Counted from the first letter of the stretch, positions 17,967-28,534 are shown. The stretch is DNA of 64,000 bases from Bacilli bacterium (GCA_024408095.1 JAKSVI010000001.1:33814-97813); one strand, 5' to 3'. Made by a program: numbers and translations. The notes: generated from the letters alone by a model not told the origin.

Positions 17967-19964
17967 TTACTTTTTATTTTTTTGTAATCGTGCAATTTCC
18001 ATTGCGAAATCATTAATGCAAGTTAATTGGCCATATTTTGTTTCTGGAATTGTTACCTTAAATTGTTCTTGAATATCCAATATTAATTGCACATAGTTCA
18101 TTGAATCGCCACCTAAATCATTTATCCAGTGTCCATCGTCTTCAATTTTAAACTTTGGTAAAACCAAAATTTTTGAGAATAAATCTCTTAAAGGGACAAC
18201 AATCGACTCAATGGTTTTTTGGTCAAAACCTTTGAATTTTTTTGTTTCCTTTTTAGCGTTGATATTAACATAATCTTTTGAATTGGTCTCAATACCTTTT
18301 TTAACCATAAAACGTTTTACTTTCATGTTATTAGCCATTGGCAATTTACCAGTCGCGAGATAAATATCCTTTATAACTGTTTTTTTAGGTAATGTCTTTC
18401 CAATTTCAATTACATCGTTTTTAACCTGCTCTAATTGTTCATCGGTAATATGGTTTGGAACTTCTAATGCAATAACGATTTTTTGATTTGTTGTTCCTGG
18501 AACATCAACTCCTAAGACACACAAGTTAGTAACGTTCGGTATCTTTTTATAGAATATCTCCAGTTCATCAGGAAAAATGTTCTCACCATCTGAATTAATG
18601 ATGATGTCTTTGATTCTACCTCTAATGTAGTATCTATTAGATGAATCGCATTCGGCTATATCACCTGTAGCAAAATAACCTTCTTCATCCAAATTAACAT
18701 CTTGTTCTTTGCCACCGATTATTTCTCTAACATGCGTGATTTTAGATCTAACAAACAATTCGCCAGTAGCATCTTTTTTGTTTTTCTTTTTAAGTTTAAA
18801 ATCAATACCTAAAAATGGTTTTCCAATAGATCCTTTTAATCTATCTAATACATCAGGAGATAGCTCAACACTTATGACACCTAATTCAGTCATGCCGTAT
18901 CCGTTATATAAATGGTATCCGACTCCATTAATAAGATTTAACGTCTTACTATTTAAATATCCCCCACCAGAAATACAAAATCTAACTTTGTTACCAAGCA
19001 GATTTTTCTGAACGGCAGAAAGTACAACTTTGCTTGAAGCGTTTCCAGCTTCCATCATGGAAATCTTTTTAGTGTTGAAACCAATCATTTTATCCATCAA
19101 ATCTTTCTTATCGTCTGAAAGCATGGCAAATTTTCTCTCGATTCCAAGAGCTAAAGAATCCCAAAATAGTGGAACGCTGTACACATGTGTTATCTTAACT
19201 TTTTGGCACATTGTTAATATTTCGTTGGATGCAACTGAGCGTGGATAAACCATACACGCACCATAAAACGCATACCAAAGATATACAGCAACAAATCCAA
19301 ATATATGATGAAACGGAATCATGGCAAGCATTCTCATTGGTTTTGAAGTGACAATGTCACTAGTACTTTCATACATATTGGAAGAGGCGTTTAATTGATG
19401 ACATAAATTTTCGCCATTGAATACCATCAATTTCACATCGCCAGTTGTTCCACTCGAGCAAAAAATTACTTCATTTTCCCAATCCAAGGCATGTGAAAGT
19501 GTTTTTTCTTCCTTAAGAAGATCATTTAATGAAAATTTATGTATTTCATATTCATTTTTATCATCAGTTACTATTGCAATAGCCTTGCTTTGATTTATTA
19601 AATTATCAGTTCCTTCTTTAGAAGTGCGAGCATCAATCAAAAGTGGTTTGTAACCGCTCATTAAAATGGCCCAAAAAGCTTCTGACCAGTGTGGACCATT
19701 GCTTAGTTTCAAAACGATTGGCCTATGTTTTGGCTTTTGTAACATATATTTTGAAATAACCGATGCAAATTCATAAGCATTTCTTTTGGTTTTGGAATAT
19801 TTATAAGTCTTAAGATGGCCCTTTTCATCGTAATAAATAGCAGCTTTTTTATTATCATTACGACTCATAATTGCTGCAAAAATGTCTTCCATTTTCATCG
19901 AAGTATTTAAAATACTTGCAGTTGAAGACATTATTTTTTTAATTTTGTTATAATCTGAGTTCAT
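17967..19964 (-). CDS. Standalone adenylation-thiolation (A-T) didomain protein: ANL-superfamily adenylating enzyme fused to a C-terminal phosphopantetheine carrier domain
   Basis: 665 aa. A-domain core motifs are A3 SSGTTGDVK, A5 NGYGMTELG, A7 YFATGD, A8 GRIKDIIINSDGENIFPDELE and A10 LPMANNMKVKR. The C-terminal carrier motif is DLGGDSMNYVQL, whose Ser is the presumed phosphopantetheine attachment site. Confidence 0.7.
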   Translation of the reverse strand: MNSDYNKIKKIMSSTASILNTSMKMEDIFAAIMSRNDNKKAAIYYDEKGHLKTYKYSKTKRNAYEFASVISKYMLQKPKHRPIVLKLSNGPHWSEAFWAILMSGYKPLLIDARTSKEGTDNLINQSKAIAIVTDDKNEYEIHKFSLNDLLKEEKTLSHALDWENEVIFCSSGTTGDVKLMVFNGENLCHQLNASSNMYESTSDIVTSKPMRMLAMIPFHHIFGFVAVYLWYAFYGACMVYPRSVASNEILTMCQKVKITHVYSVPLFWDSLALGIERKFAMLSDDKKDLMDKMIGFNTKKISMMEAGNASSKVVLSAVQKNLLGNKVRFCISGGGYLNSKTLNLINGVGYHLYNGYGMTELGVISVELSPDVLDRLKGSIGKPFLGIDFKLKKKNKKDATGELFVRSKITHVREIIGGKEQDVNLDEEGYFATGDIAECDSSNRYYIRGRIKDIIINSDGENIFPDELEIFYKKIPNVTNLCVLGVDVPGTTNQKIVIALEVPNHITDEQLEQVKNDVIEIGKTLPKKTVIKDIYLATGKLPMANNMKVKRFMVKKGIETNSKDYVNINAKKETKKFKGFDQKTIESIVVPLRDLFSKILVLPKFKIEDDGHWINDLGGDSMNYVQLILDIQEQFKVTIPETKYGQLTCINDFAMEIARLQKNKK

Positions 19965-19989
19965 ATTTTCACCTCAAACATTGTATATT

Positions 19990-20484
19990 TTATATTATTT
20001 TTTTTTTTAAAAAAACTTTTTTATTTTCGACAGAATAGAAATCTATTTTAACATTTGAAGGACATATGTTCAAAATAGCGTAACTTTCACCAGTAGCATC
20101 ACGAGAAAAAGCAACGCTCCCTGGACAAATTGTTATAACGCCATTGTTACAAATCGCTTCAATCTTGTGGGTGTGTCCGTGCACAAATATTTTGATTCCA
20201 TCTGCATAAGTTGTGTTAGGATAGTGCGTCATCAAAAGATTTCCATATGGTGTACTTATCATTCTTTTATTAAATTCAATATCGTAATGATCGCAGTTGC
20301 CTCTAACTGTTTCAAACGGGCATAATGATGATTCGAAATCTTCGCTGTCACCTGCATGCAAATATAAATCGCAATCAGGATGCTTTTTATATATTTTTGC
20401 AATCTCTTCAGTCAAGCCATGACTGTCGCTTACCAAACATATTTTCATCACAAATAATATAAAATCTAAATAAATTTTCTTCAA
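19990..20484 (-). CDS. Metallophosphoesterase, YfcE/MJ0936 family
   Basis: 164 aa. Motifs LVSDSHG, GDSED and GHTH. Confidence 0.8.
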   Translation of the reverse strand: MKKIYLDFILFVMKICLVSDSHGLTEEIAKIYKKHPDCDLYLHAGDSEDFESSLCPFETVRGNCDHYDIEFNKRMISTPYGNLLMTHYPNTTYADGIKIFVHGHTHKIEAICNNGVITICPGSVAFSRDATGESYAILNICPSNVKIDFYSVENKKVFLKKKII

Positions 20485-20507
20485 TACTTTTCCTTAAAAG
20501 GAAATTT

Positions 20508-21458
20508 ATGTATAATATTTGCATGATTATGAAGAAACCGAAAATTGTTTTTATGGGAACACCAGAAATATCAGCCTTTGTTTTAGAGAGCTTGATACAA
20601 AACGGATATAACGTTGTTGCAGTTATAGCTCAACCAGATAGGCCTGTTGGGAGAAAGCAAATTTTAGAGGCTGTTCCTACAAAAGTTGTCGCTAATAAAT
20701 ATGGAATACGATGTTTTCAACCAATAAAAATAAGAAATGACTATAGTTTCTTGCTTGAAATAAAGCCAGATTTAATTATTACATTAGCTTATGGGCAAAT
20801 AGTTCCGCAGTCAGTTCTTAATATTCCAAAATTTGGTTGCGTAAATTTACATGGCTCTATATTACCAAAATATCGAGGAGCCGCTCCTATACAATATGCA
20901 TTGTTGAATGGAGATAAGGAAACTGGAATGTCATTAATGAAAATGACAGCAGCAATGGATGCTGGCGATGTTTACGCTGTTAAACAAATTAAAATAGATG
21001 ATGATGATAATTGCACAACCTTATTCAATAAAATGGCAGTAGTTGCTAGAGATTTAATATTAGAATCGTTGCCTAAATTATTTACAAAAGAGTTAATTGC
21101 TATGCCGCAAGATGAAAACTTTGTTACTTTTTCTCCATCCATCAAGCCAGAGGAAGAAAAAATTGATTTGTCATCCAGCTGTAGCCAAATAATAAACAAA
21201 ATTCGCGCTTTAAGTTATCAACCTGGCGCTTATTTATTACTTAACGACGAAAAATTAAAAATTTATAAAGCCAAATTAATCGATCGATCCTCAGGCGAAA
21301 CTGGAAAAATTATTAAGGCAGATAAAAACGGTTTATATCTCCAATGTCAAGATGGCGTTATTTCTTTATTAGAAGTCCAACGTCAGGGCAAGAAAAGAAT
21401 GAAATATAATGATTTTGTAAATGGAAATAGCAATATTTTAGGACAAAAACTTATATAA
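20508..21458 (+). CDS. fmt: Methionyl-tRNA formyltransferase
   Basis: 316 aa. IVFMGTPE N-terminus, formyltransferase SLLP motif, C-terminal Fmt domain. The true start is probably at 20526 (MKKPK). Confidence 0.9.
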   Translation: MYNICMIMKKPKIVFMGTPEISAFVLESLIQNGYNVVAVIAQPDRPVGRKQILEAVPTKVVANKYGIRCFQPIKIRNDYSFLLEIKPDLIITLAYGQIVPQSVLNIPKFGCVNLHGSILPKYRGAAPIQYALLNGDKETGMSLMKMTAAMDAGDVYAVKQIKIDDDDNCTTLFNKMAVVARDLILESLPKLFTKELIAMPQDENFVTFSPSIKPEEEKIDLSSSCSQIINKIRALSYQPGAYLLLNDEKLKIYKAKLIDRSSGETGKIIKADKNGLYLQCQDGVISLLEVQRQGKKRMKYNDFVNGNSNILGQKLI

Positions 21459-21467
21459 CCTACTTAT

Positions 21468-23810
21468 ATGAATAAGAATATTGTATTATCCGTTCATCAA
21501 CTTGTTGATTTCATATTAAGAAATGGTGATATTGATACAAGGATTTTTAATCGTTCTTCTATGATGGAAGGAACATTGCTGCATGGATTATATCAATCAA
21601 AGCAAGGTGACAATTATATATCAGAATACTCAATGAAAACCAATGTAGAATTGGATGGTTTTTTCATCACTCTTGAAGGGCGAGCTGATGGGATAATTAA
21701 AAATGGCGAAAACGATTATATAATTGATGAAATTAAAACTACTATTGCTGATTTAGAAGAATTTAAAAATAATAATTTTGAATGGCATTTGGGTCAGGCA
21801 AAATGTTATGCGTATATGTTTGCCAAAGAACATCATTTAGATAAAATTGGTATTCGCTTAACATACATTAAACAAGGTGAAAAACAAGACAAATTATTTG
21901 AGAATTTAGAGTTTTATTTTGCAGAATTAGACCAATTTCTGCACAATTTACTTGAGAATTACTTAGATTTTTACAATATTGTGTATAGAAATGGTGTGAT
22001 AAGAGATGAAACAATTCTCAAATTAAATTTCCCTTTTGATAAATACAGGAAAGGCCAAAGAGAACTCGCAAAATATGCATTTGGTATTGCTAAGAATGGC
22101 GGTGTACTTTTTGCCGAAGCACCCACTGGGATAGGCAAAACAATTTCAACTCTATATCCATATATAAAAAATCTGCCTAGCGATCAAGACTCGAAGATCT
22201 TTTATTTAACAGCAAAAAACAGTGGAAGAGACAGCGCTTTTGACACTATATCATTGTTAAAAAATAATGGTTTAATATTAAACAACATTGTTATTACAGC
22301 CAAAGAAAAAATTTGTTTTTGCAAAGACAAATCATGCAATCCAGAAGAATGCCCTTTTGCTAAAAACTACTATAATAAAATACAATCTATTATTAGATAT
22401 GCTTTATTAAACTACAATACGTTTGATTTTGATACAATAACGTCATTGGCCAAAGAGAACGAAGTTTGTCCTTTTGAATTGGAGCTAGATTTATCATTAT
22501 TTAACGACATCATTATTTGTGATTATAACTATTTATTTGATCCAACATCGTATTTAAAACGCTTTTTCGATGAAGATTCTTCACATCATTTAGTCTTGGT
22601 TGATGAAGCCCATAATTTAGTCCAAAGATCTAGAGACATGTATAGTGCTTCTATTTGCGAATTAGGATTTTTAAAAGCAAAGAAATCATGCCGTCACTGT
22701 GACAACAAGGATATTAAAAAAATTATCAGCAAAATGTCAAAATTGTTTAAAGAAACTAGAGAAAATTTTGAATCTGGTAATACAATCGTGGAAGATTTTA
22801 ATGTTCAACAATATAGAACTTTTAACTATTTTGTAAATAAGTTTCAAGAAATTAATAAAGATTTTAGCAAATTAATAACCAAAGAATTGCTCAATTTTTA
22901 TCTTGATGTGAATAGATTTTTAAAAATGTCTGAATTAATAAGCGAACGCTATTTATGTTATTTATCAAAAACTGACGACGACATAATATTTCATATAAGT
23001 TGTTTAGATGCCTCTCGTTTTATTAAAAAATGCATAAATAAAGTAAAGGCAACAACTTTTTTCTCAGCAACACTAACGCCAACAGATTATTTTGTTGATA
23101 GTTTAGGTGGAGACAAACAAATTAATCCAATTTTAAAGCTCGCCTCTCCATTTCCAAAGCAAAATCTTGGAATACTTGTTGCTCCCAAAATCTCTATTAA
23201 ATATAAAAACAGAGAAAAAACATACGGAGAAGTGGCTGATTACATAAAAACATTTATTAGAAATAAAGTGGGTAATTATCTTGTGTATTTGCCAAGTTAT
23301 GAATATTTAGCAAACATTAAGCAATATTTTGAAAACTTTCTAGATGCTGACGTTTGTTACCAAACTATCGAAATGAGCGAACAAGAAAAAATTGATTTTC
23401 TTAATCACTTTTCTTATTCTCCAAACAAAACAGCATTAGGATTTGCAATAATGGGTGGATCTTTTAGTGAAGGGATCGATTTGGTAAGTGACAGGCTTAT
23501 TGGAGTTGTTATAATCGGCATTGGATTATCCAAAATAAACTTTGAAAACGATCAAATATCACAATATTATTCAGATTCTGGATATGATGGTTATAAATAT
23601 GCATATTTATATCCTGGTATGAATAAAGTCTATCAAGCAGTTGGCAGAGTAATTAGGAGTGAAAACGACAAAGGCATGGCGCTATTAATTGATGAGCGAT
23701 ACATGACGAAAGATTATCAAGAATTATATAGAACTGAATGGAAAAACTATGAAGTCGTTCTAAATATTAATGAAATAGATGAAGCCACAAAAAAATTCTA
23801 TAAAAACTAA
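21468..23810 (+). CDS. DinG/XPD-family (Rad3-like) Fe-S DNA helicase with an N-terminal RecB-like PD-(D/E)XK nuclease domain
   Basis: 780 aa. The N-terminal roughly 190 aa carry GRADGII, IIDEIKT (D...ExK) and QAKCYAY (the QxxxY of RecB/AddB/Cas4 nucleases). The helicase core has Walker A AEAPTGIGKT, a 4-Cys Fe-S cluster CFCKDKSCNPEECPF and DEAH box VLVDEAHNL. Confidence 0.75.
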   Translation: MNKNIVLSVHQLVDFILRNGDIDTRIFNRSSMMEGTLLHGLYQSKQGDNYISEYSMKTNVELDGFFITLEGRADGIIKNGENDYIIDEIKTTIADLEEFKNNNFEWHLGQAKCYAYMFAKEHHLDKIGIRLTYIKQGEKQDKLFENLEFYFAELDQFLHNLLENYLDFYNIVYRNGVIRDETILKLNFPFDKYRKGQRELAKYAFGIAKNGGVLFAEAPTGIGKTISTLYPYIKNLPSDQDSKIFYLTAKNSGRDSAFDTISLLKNNGLILNNIVITAKEKICFCKDKSCNPEECPFAKNYYNKIQSIIRYALLNYNTFDFDTITSLAKENEVCPFELELDLSLFNDIIICDYNYLFDPTSYLKRFFDEDSSHHLVLVDEAHNLVQRSRDMYSASICELGFLKAKKSCRHCDNKDIKKIISKMSKLFKETRENFESGNTIVEDFNVQQYRTFNYFVNKFQEINKDFSKLITKELLNFYLDVNRFLKMSELISERYLCYLSKTDDDIIFHISCLDASRFIKKCINKVKATTFFSATLTPTDYFVDSLGGDKQINPILKLASPFPKQNLGILVAPKISIKYKNREKTYGEVADYIKTFIRNKVGNYLVYLPSYEYLANIKQYFENFLDADVCYQTIEMSEQEKIDFLNHFSYSPNKTALGFAIMGGSFSEGIDLVSDRLIGVVIIGIGLSKINFENDQISQYYSDSGYDGYKYAYLYPGMNKVYQAVGRVIRSENDKGMALLIDERYMTKDYQELYRTEWKNYEVVLNINEIDEATKKFYKN

Positions 23811-23834
23811 AATTATGTTATAATTTCAAAAATT

Positions 23835-25652
23835 ATGAATTTTGATAAAAAACTTACTAGAAATTTCTCTATTATCGCTCATATTGATCACGGTAAAAGT
23901 ACTTTAGCCGATCGAATTCTTGAGCAAACTGGTGCAATTGAAGCCAGAGAAATGAAAGAACAGATTCTTGATTCTATGGATCTTGAGCGTGAAAGAGGAA
24001 TTACAATAAAACTTAACGCTGTAACTATTTCTTATAAAGCAGATGATGGTGAGACATATATTTTTAATTTAATTGATACTCCAGGGCACGTTGACTTTAC
24101 TTATGAAGTATCAAGATCTTTGGCCGCTTGTGAAGGAGCTCTTTTGGTTGTTGATGCGACTCAAGGAGTTGAAGCCCAAACCTTGGCAAATGTGTATTTA
24201 GCTGTTGATAATGATTTAGAAATCGTACCTGTTATCAACAAAGTTGATTTACCAAGCGCCAGACCAGAATGGGCAAAAAAGGAAGTCGAAGAGAGAATTG
24301 GTATTTCTAGCGAAAAAGCAATAGAGGTTTCAGCTAAAACTGGATACCACATACATGAACTGCTGGAGTCTATAGCAAAAAATATCCCTGCACCAAGTGG
24401 AGATGAAAATTTACCTTTAAAAGCTTTGATATTTGATAGTTATTACGACCCATATAGAGGCGTAGTTATTTTGGTTAGTGTTAAAGATGGTCAAATTCAT
24501 ATAAACGACAAGATACGTCTAATGCAAGCTGATAAAGAGTACGAAGTTACAGAACTAGGCATTAGAACACCTGATGAAATCAAATTAAATTGTCTTAAAG
24601 CTGGTCAAGTTGGGTATATCTGCGCTCAAATAAAAGATATCCGTGATGTTCATCCAGGAGATACTGTTACTTTATTTGAGAATCCTGCAAGCAAAGCGTT
24701 AGAAGGATACAGAGTAATGAATCCAATGGTTTATTGCGGTTTATATCCAGTAGATAGTGATGATTATCAAGATTTAAAAGATGCTTTGGAAAAGCTTTGC
24801 TTAAACGATGCATCACTTCAATTTATTCCAGAAACAAGTAAAGCTTTAGGATTCGGCTTTCGATGCGGTTTTTTGGGACTATTACATATGGACATAGTTC
24901 AGGAACGTCTTGAACGAGAATATAATTTAGACTTAATATTAACTGCTCCAAGTGTCATTTATAATGTTTATTTGACCGATGGATCTATGTTAAAAATTGA
25001 TAATCCAAGCAGTCTGCCAGATGTTAGCACAATCGATAGAATTGAAGAGCCATACATAAAGGCAAACATCATGACTCCTAAAGAATATGTCGGCCCAATA
25101 ATGGAATTGTGTCAAGAAAGAAGAGGAATTTATCTAGATTTGCAATATTTTGATGACACAAGGATGAATTTAATATATGAATTGCCACTTAGTGAAATTG
25201 TTTACAATTTCTTTGATAAATTAAAAAGCTACACTAAAGGTTATGCTTCATTCGATTACGAATTCTCCACATATAAACAAAATGATTTAATAAAAATGGA
25301 TGTTCTATTGAATGGTCAAATAGTAGATGCATTATCTAGTATTGTATTTAGAGCAAACGCATACAATCGTGGCCTTGGCATAATTAGAAGAATAAAAGAA
25401 GTTATACCGAGACAACAATTTGAAATACCAATTCAAGCTGCTATTGGTGGAAAAATTATAGCTAGAGTTGATGTTAAGGCAGTAAGAAAAGATGTTTTAG
25501 CAAAATGCTATGGTGGAGATATCTCTAGAAAGAAAAAATTGCTCGAAAAACAAAAAGAAGGCAAAAAAAGAATGAAAAAGATTGGCTCTGTCGAGGTTCC
25601 TCAAGAAGCATTTATGTCCATTTTATCTATTGACGAAAGCAACAATACTTAA
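23835..25652 (+). CDS. lepA: Translation elongation factor 4
   Basis: 605 aa. GTP-binding AHIDHGKST and DTPGHVDF motifs, LepA C-terminal domain. Confidence 0.95.
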   Translation: MNFDKKLTRNFSIIAHIDHGKSTLADRILEQTGAIEAREMKEQILDSMDLERERGITIKLNAVTISYKADDGETYIFNLIDTPGHVDFTYEVSRSLAACEGALLVVDATQGVEAQTLANVYLAVDNDLEIVPVINKVDLPSARPEWAKKEVEERIGISSEKAIEVSAKTGYHIHELLESIAKNIPAPSGDENLPLKALIFDSYYDPYRGVVILVSVKDGQIHINDKIRLMQADKEYEVTELGIRTPDEIKLNCLKAGQVGYICAQIKDIRDVHPGDTVTLFENPASKALEGYRVMNPMVYCGLYPVDSDDYQDLKDALEKLCLNDASLQFIPETSKALGFGFRCGFLGLLHMDIVQERLEREYNLDLILTAPSVIYNVYLTDGSMLKIDNPSSLPDVSTIDRIEEPYIKANIMTPKEYVGPIMELCQERRGIYLDLQYFDDTRMNLIYELPLSEIVYNFFDKLKSYTKGYASFDYEFSTYKQNDLIKMDVLLNGQIVDALSSIVFRANAYNRGLGIIRRIKEVIPRQQFEIPIQAAIGGKIIARVDVKAVRKDVLAKCYGGDISRKKKLLEKQKEGKKRMKKIGSVEVPQEAFMSILSIDESNNT

Positions 25653-25726
25653 ATTTAGTAGATTTTTGGTATTGTTTCTTGTAAAAGAAATGTTTAATAA
25701 ATATAATAACAATAAGGAAAAATCAC

Positions 25727-27133
25727 ATGGCAAATAATGAATTGGCAATAAGATTTACTGAAAATAAATATGCGACTAAAAACGAAGTTGCCCGAGAACT
25801 TAAAATGTCATTAATTGACAATATATGGAGTAACATTCTTTCTTATCGCTCAAATTTTAATCGTTATTTGAATATTCGTAGCATCGAAAGATCTCAGCTA
25901 ATAATTTGCATGTGCCACACAATATCAGCGCAAAACTCAAATATTGAGACAAAATTAAGCAGATTAATCACTAGAAAAAATGAATTAAATCCAACCAATG
26001 GAGATGCAAGATATTTTAGGTTATCTTGTTTATCTGAATGCTTAAAAACTATCGCTCATAAAAACTCTATTAATATGGATGATGATTCAATACATACAAT
26101 TGTCAATAACGCTAATAGTGAAGCAAATGAATTTCTTTATAGATACAATGAGGGGTTAAAGTTTGTAGAAGATAAATTTTCTAATCAAATAAATATCGAT
26201 TTTATTATTTCTCTTTACACCAAGATTAATGGAAAGGCTTCTTTGGATTCTTTATTTAGAAATAAAGAAGATGGAAATCCCGATAATAGAGTTTTAATTG
26301 ATAGAATTTATTCTTCGGCTCCATCAAATCTTATTGAACCAATGATGAATTCTCTTATCGAATTTATTGATAATAAAGATGTTCCAATATTTATAAAATC
26401 ATTAGTTGCATTTTATTACATCATTTATATTAAACCATTCCCAATTTTAAATGATGAAATTGCAGTTTTAACTGCAAAGAGCATTTTATGCCACGAAACA
26501 GGCGATTCAACAGCTGTTTATTTAAAGTTAGAAGATTTACTTTATTCCCGCTTAAGCGAAACGCAGAAGCGTTTTATTGATGTTCAAAAAACTGCAGATG
26601 TTACATATTTTTTAACTTTTGCATTAACTGAATTAGATAATGGCATTACTAATTTATTAGATCAATTGGCGAATTTCTCCGCTTTCGAATTACGTAAAGA
26701 CTTTTATCAAGAAGATAAAATAGAAACTGAAGATTCTGAAAATAAAGAGGAACAACCAGTTAAAGAAACTAAGGATGAACCAAAGGAAATAGTTGATAAA
26801 AAAACTAAAATAAATCCTGTTGAAATATCAAGCGAAGCAGAAAAATCTTCTGTTTCTATCGGTTATATTCCACCTGCTATCGATGAAAAAGAGGCTCAAA
26901 GATTAGAAATGCATTTACTAGAACTGGAGCCATTTATGAAAAAGAAAGAAGCAAAATTCTTTGCCAGACATTGTACAGTTGGAAAAATGTACACAATAGA
27001 TCAATTCAAAAGAAGCATTGGATGCGTTTATGAAACAGCAAGAACTTCTATGGATCATCTTGCAGAAATGGGATATTACAAAAAACAACAAATCAAAAAT
27101 AAATTTGTTTATACACCAATCGTTAGAAAGTAG
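25727..27133 (+). CDS. Fic-fold protein with a degenerate active-site motif plus a C-terminal winged-HTH-like domain (likely a non-catalytic Fic homologue)
   Basis: 468 aa. The region SLVAFYYIIYIKPFPILNDEIAVLTAKSIL aligns to the Fic core (AxxHxxfvxIHPFxDGNGRxxRll). The catalytic His is replaced by Lys and DGNGR by LNDEI. There is a low-complexity K/E-rich linker and a C-terminal helical domain. Confidence 0.5.
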   Translation: MANNELAIRFTENKYATKNEVARELKMSLIDNIWSNILSYRSNFNRYLNIRSIERSQLIICMCHTISAQNSNIETKLSRLITRKNELNPTNGDARYFRLSCLSECLKTIAHKNSINMDDDSIHTIVNNANSEANEFLYRYNEGLKFVEDKFSNQINIDFIISLYTKINGKASLDSLFRNKEDGNPDNRVLIDRIYSSAPSNLIEPMMNSLIEFIDNKDVPIFIKSLVAFYYIIYIKPFPILNDEIAVLTAKSILCHETGDSTAVYLKLEDLLYSRLSETQKRFIDVQKTADVTYFLTFALTELDNGITNLLDQLANFSAFELRKDFYQEDKIETEDSENKEEQPVKETKDEPKEIVDKKTKINPVEISSEAEKSSVSIGYIPPAIDEKEAQRLEMHLLELEPFMKKKEAKFFARHCTVGKMYTIDQFKRSIGCVYETARTSMDHLAEMGYYKKQQIKNKFVYTPIVRK

Positions 27134-27141
27134 GTATTAAT

Positions 27142-27390
27142 ATGGTTTTAGCAAATAGCACAATTAACAATCCAGGAATTATATTAGCAATTATTGTTGG
27201 CGTTGCAGCTGCAATTGCCATTATTGCTTTTATAATTTATAAAATATTACATCCAAAACTAAAGTCCGAAAAAGAGAAACCATCTGAAGAACAAATCGTC
27301 AAAGAAGAAATGGAAAGAATTTTAAAGCCAATTGAAGATGACGATGTGGCAGAGAAGGTTAACGAATATAAAGAGGATGATGACGAATAA
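27142..27390 (+). CDS. Small single-pass membrane protein with an acidic C-terminal tail
   Basis: 82 aa. Hydrophobic segment GIILAIIVGVAAAIAIIAFIIY followed by a K/E/D-rich tail ending DDDE. A GGAGG-less weak RBS lowers confidence. Confidence 0.4.
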   Translation: MVLANSTINNPGIILAIIVGVAAAIAIIAFIIYKILHPKLKSEKEKPSEEQIVKEEMERILKPIEDDDVAEKVNEYKEDDDE

Positions 27391-28483
27391 TAAAGTTAAA
27401 TCTTTATACGTTCACATACCATTTTGTGAGCACATCTGCGATTACTGCGACTTTCCAAAGTTGCAGTATTTTCGTAATTTGGCAATTCAATATTTAGTGA
27501 GCTTAAAAAAAGAAATATCTGATTTGCATATACAAAATAATTTAGACACAATTTATATAGGTGGAGGGACACCCACAGTTTTAGAAAGTGATCTTTTGAT
27601 AGAACTATTTGAAATTTTAAAGCCTTACACACTTAATTTAAAAGAATATTGCATCGAAACAAACCCTGAAACATTAACACAAGAAAAAGTCTCAATAATT
27701 GAGAAATACCATATAAATCGTATATCAATTGGTGTAGAATCTACATCCAATCGTATTTTAAAATCCATAAATAGACATCATACATTCGAAGATGTAATAT
27801 CATGTGTTTCTTTATTAAAAAAGCACTCAATAAATAATATTAATGTTGATCTAATTTTAGGCCTTCCTAATGTAACTAAAGATATGTTGAAGGATGATTT
27901 GAAAAATATATTAAACCTCAATGTTGAGCATATATCAGCTTATTCATTAACCGTACATCCAAATACCATATTTTATATGAAAGGAATTACTGAAAATAGT
28001 GCTGATTACGAACGTGAACTATATGATATCATTCATACCACTTTAACAGATGCAAACTACATACATTATGAAATTAGCAATTTCGCAAAAGAAGGTTATT
28101 TCTCAAAACATAATTTCACATATTGGAATAATGAGCAGTATTATGCTGTAGGATTGGGCGCAAGTGGTTATATAAACAACATAAGATATTCAAATACGAA
28201 AAATCTAAGCAAGTACAACAATTTCAAATACGAAAGAAAAGAAGAACAAGTTACCAAAGAGTCTTATATTACATATGCCATTATGCTCAATTTAAGAACC
28301 TACAAAGGTTTAGATTGCCAAAAATTAAAAGAAGAGACTGATTATGACATATTATTTGAGAAAAAAAATTATTTGCGCGCATGTATTAACAATAAGGATT
28401 TAATAAAAGAAAAAAACATTATTAAGCCAACGTATAAAGGTATGATGATTTTGGATCAAATTATATTAAATTTACTTCCATAG
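27332..28483 (+). CDS. hemW: Radical SAM heme chaperone HemW (HemN-like, oxygen-independent coproporphyrinogen III oxidase family)
   Basis: 383 aa. Radical SAM CEHICDYCDF (CxxxCxxC). Conserved lepA-hemN/hemW-hrcA synteny. The real start is probably at an internal Met (about 27377). Confidence 0.85.
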   Translation: MKMTMWQRRLTNIKRMMTNNKVKSLYVHIPFCEHICDYCDFPKLQYFRNLAIQYLVSLKKEISDLHIQNNLDTIYIGGGTPTVLESDLLIELFEILKPYTLNLKEYCIETNPETLTQEKVSIIEKYHINRISIGVESTSNRILKSINRHHTFEDVISCVSLLKKHSINNINVDLILGLPNVTKDMLKDDLKNILNLNVEHISAYSLTVHPNTIFYMKGITENSADYERELYDIIHTTLTDANYIHYEISNFAKEGYFSKHNFTYWNNEQYYAVGLGASGYINNIRYSNTKNLSKYNNFKYERKEEQVTKESYITYAIMLNLRTYKGLDCQKLKEETDYDILFEKKNYLRACINNKDLIKEKNIIKPTYKGMMILDQIILNLLP

Positions 28484-28512
28484 CGTTATTTTATGATTCA
28501 TAAATATAAATT

Positions 28513-28534
28513 TGATACAAAGTATCATTTTTTT
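28513..28534 (+). terminator. Rho-independent terminator after hemW
   Basis: Hairpin TGATAC-AAA-GTATCA followed by TTTTTTT. Confidence 0.6.
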
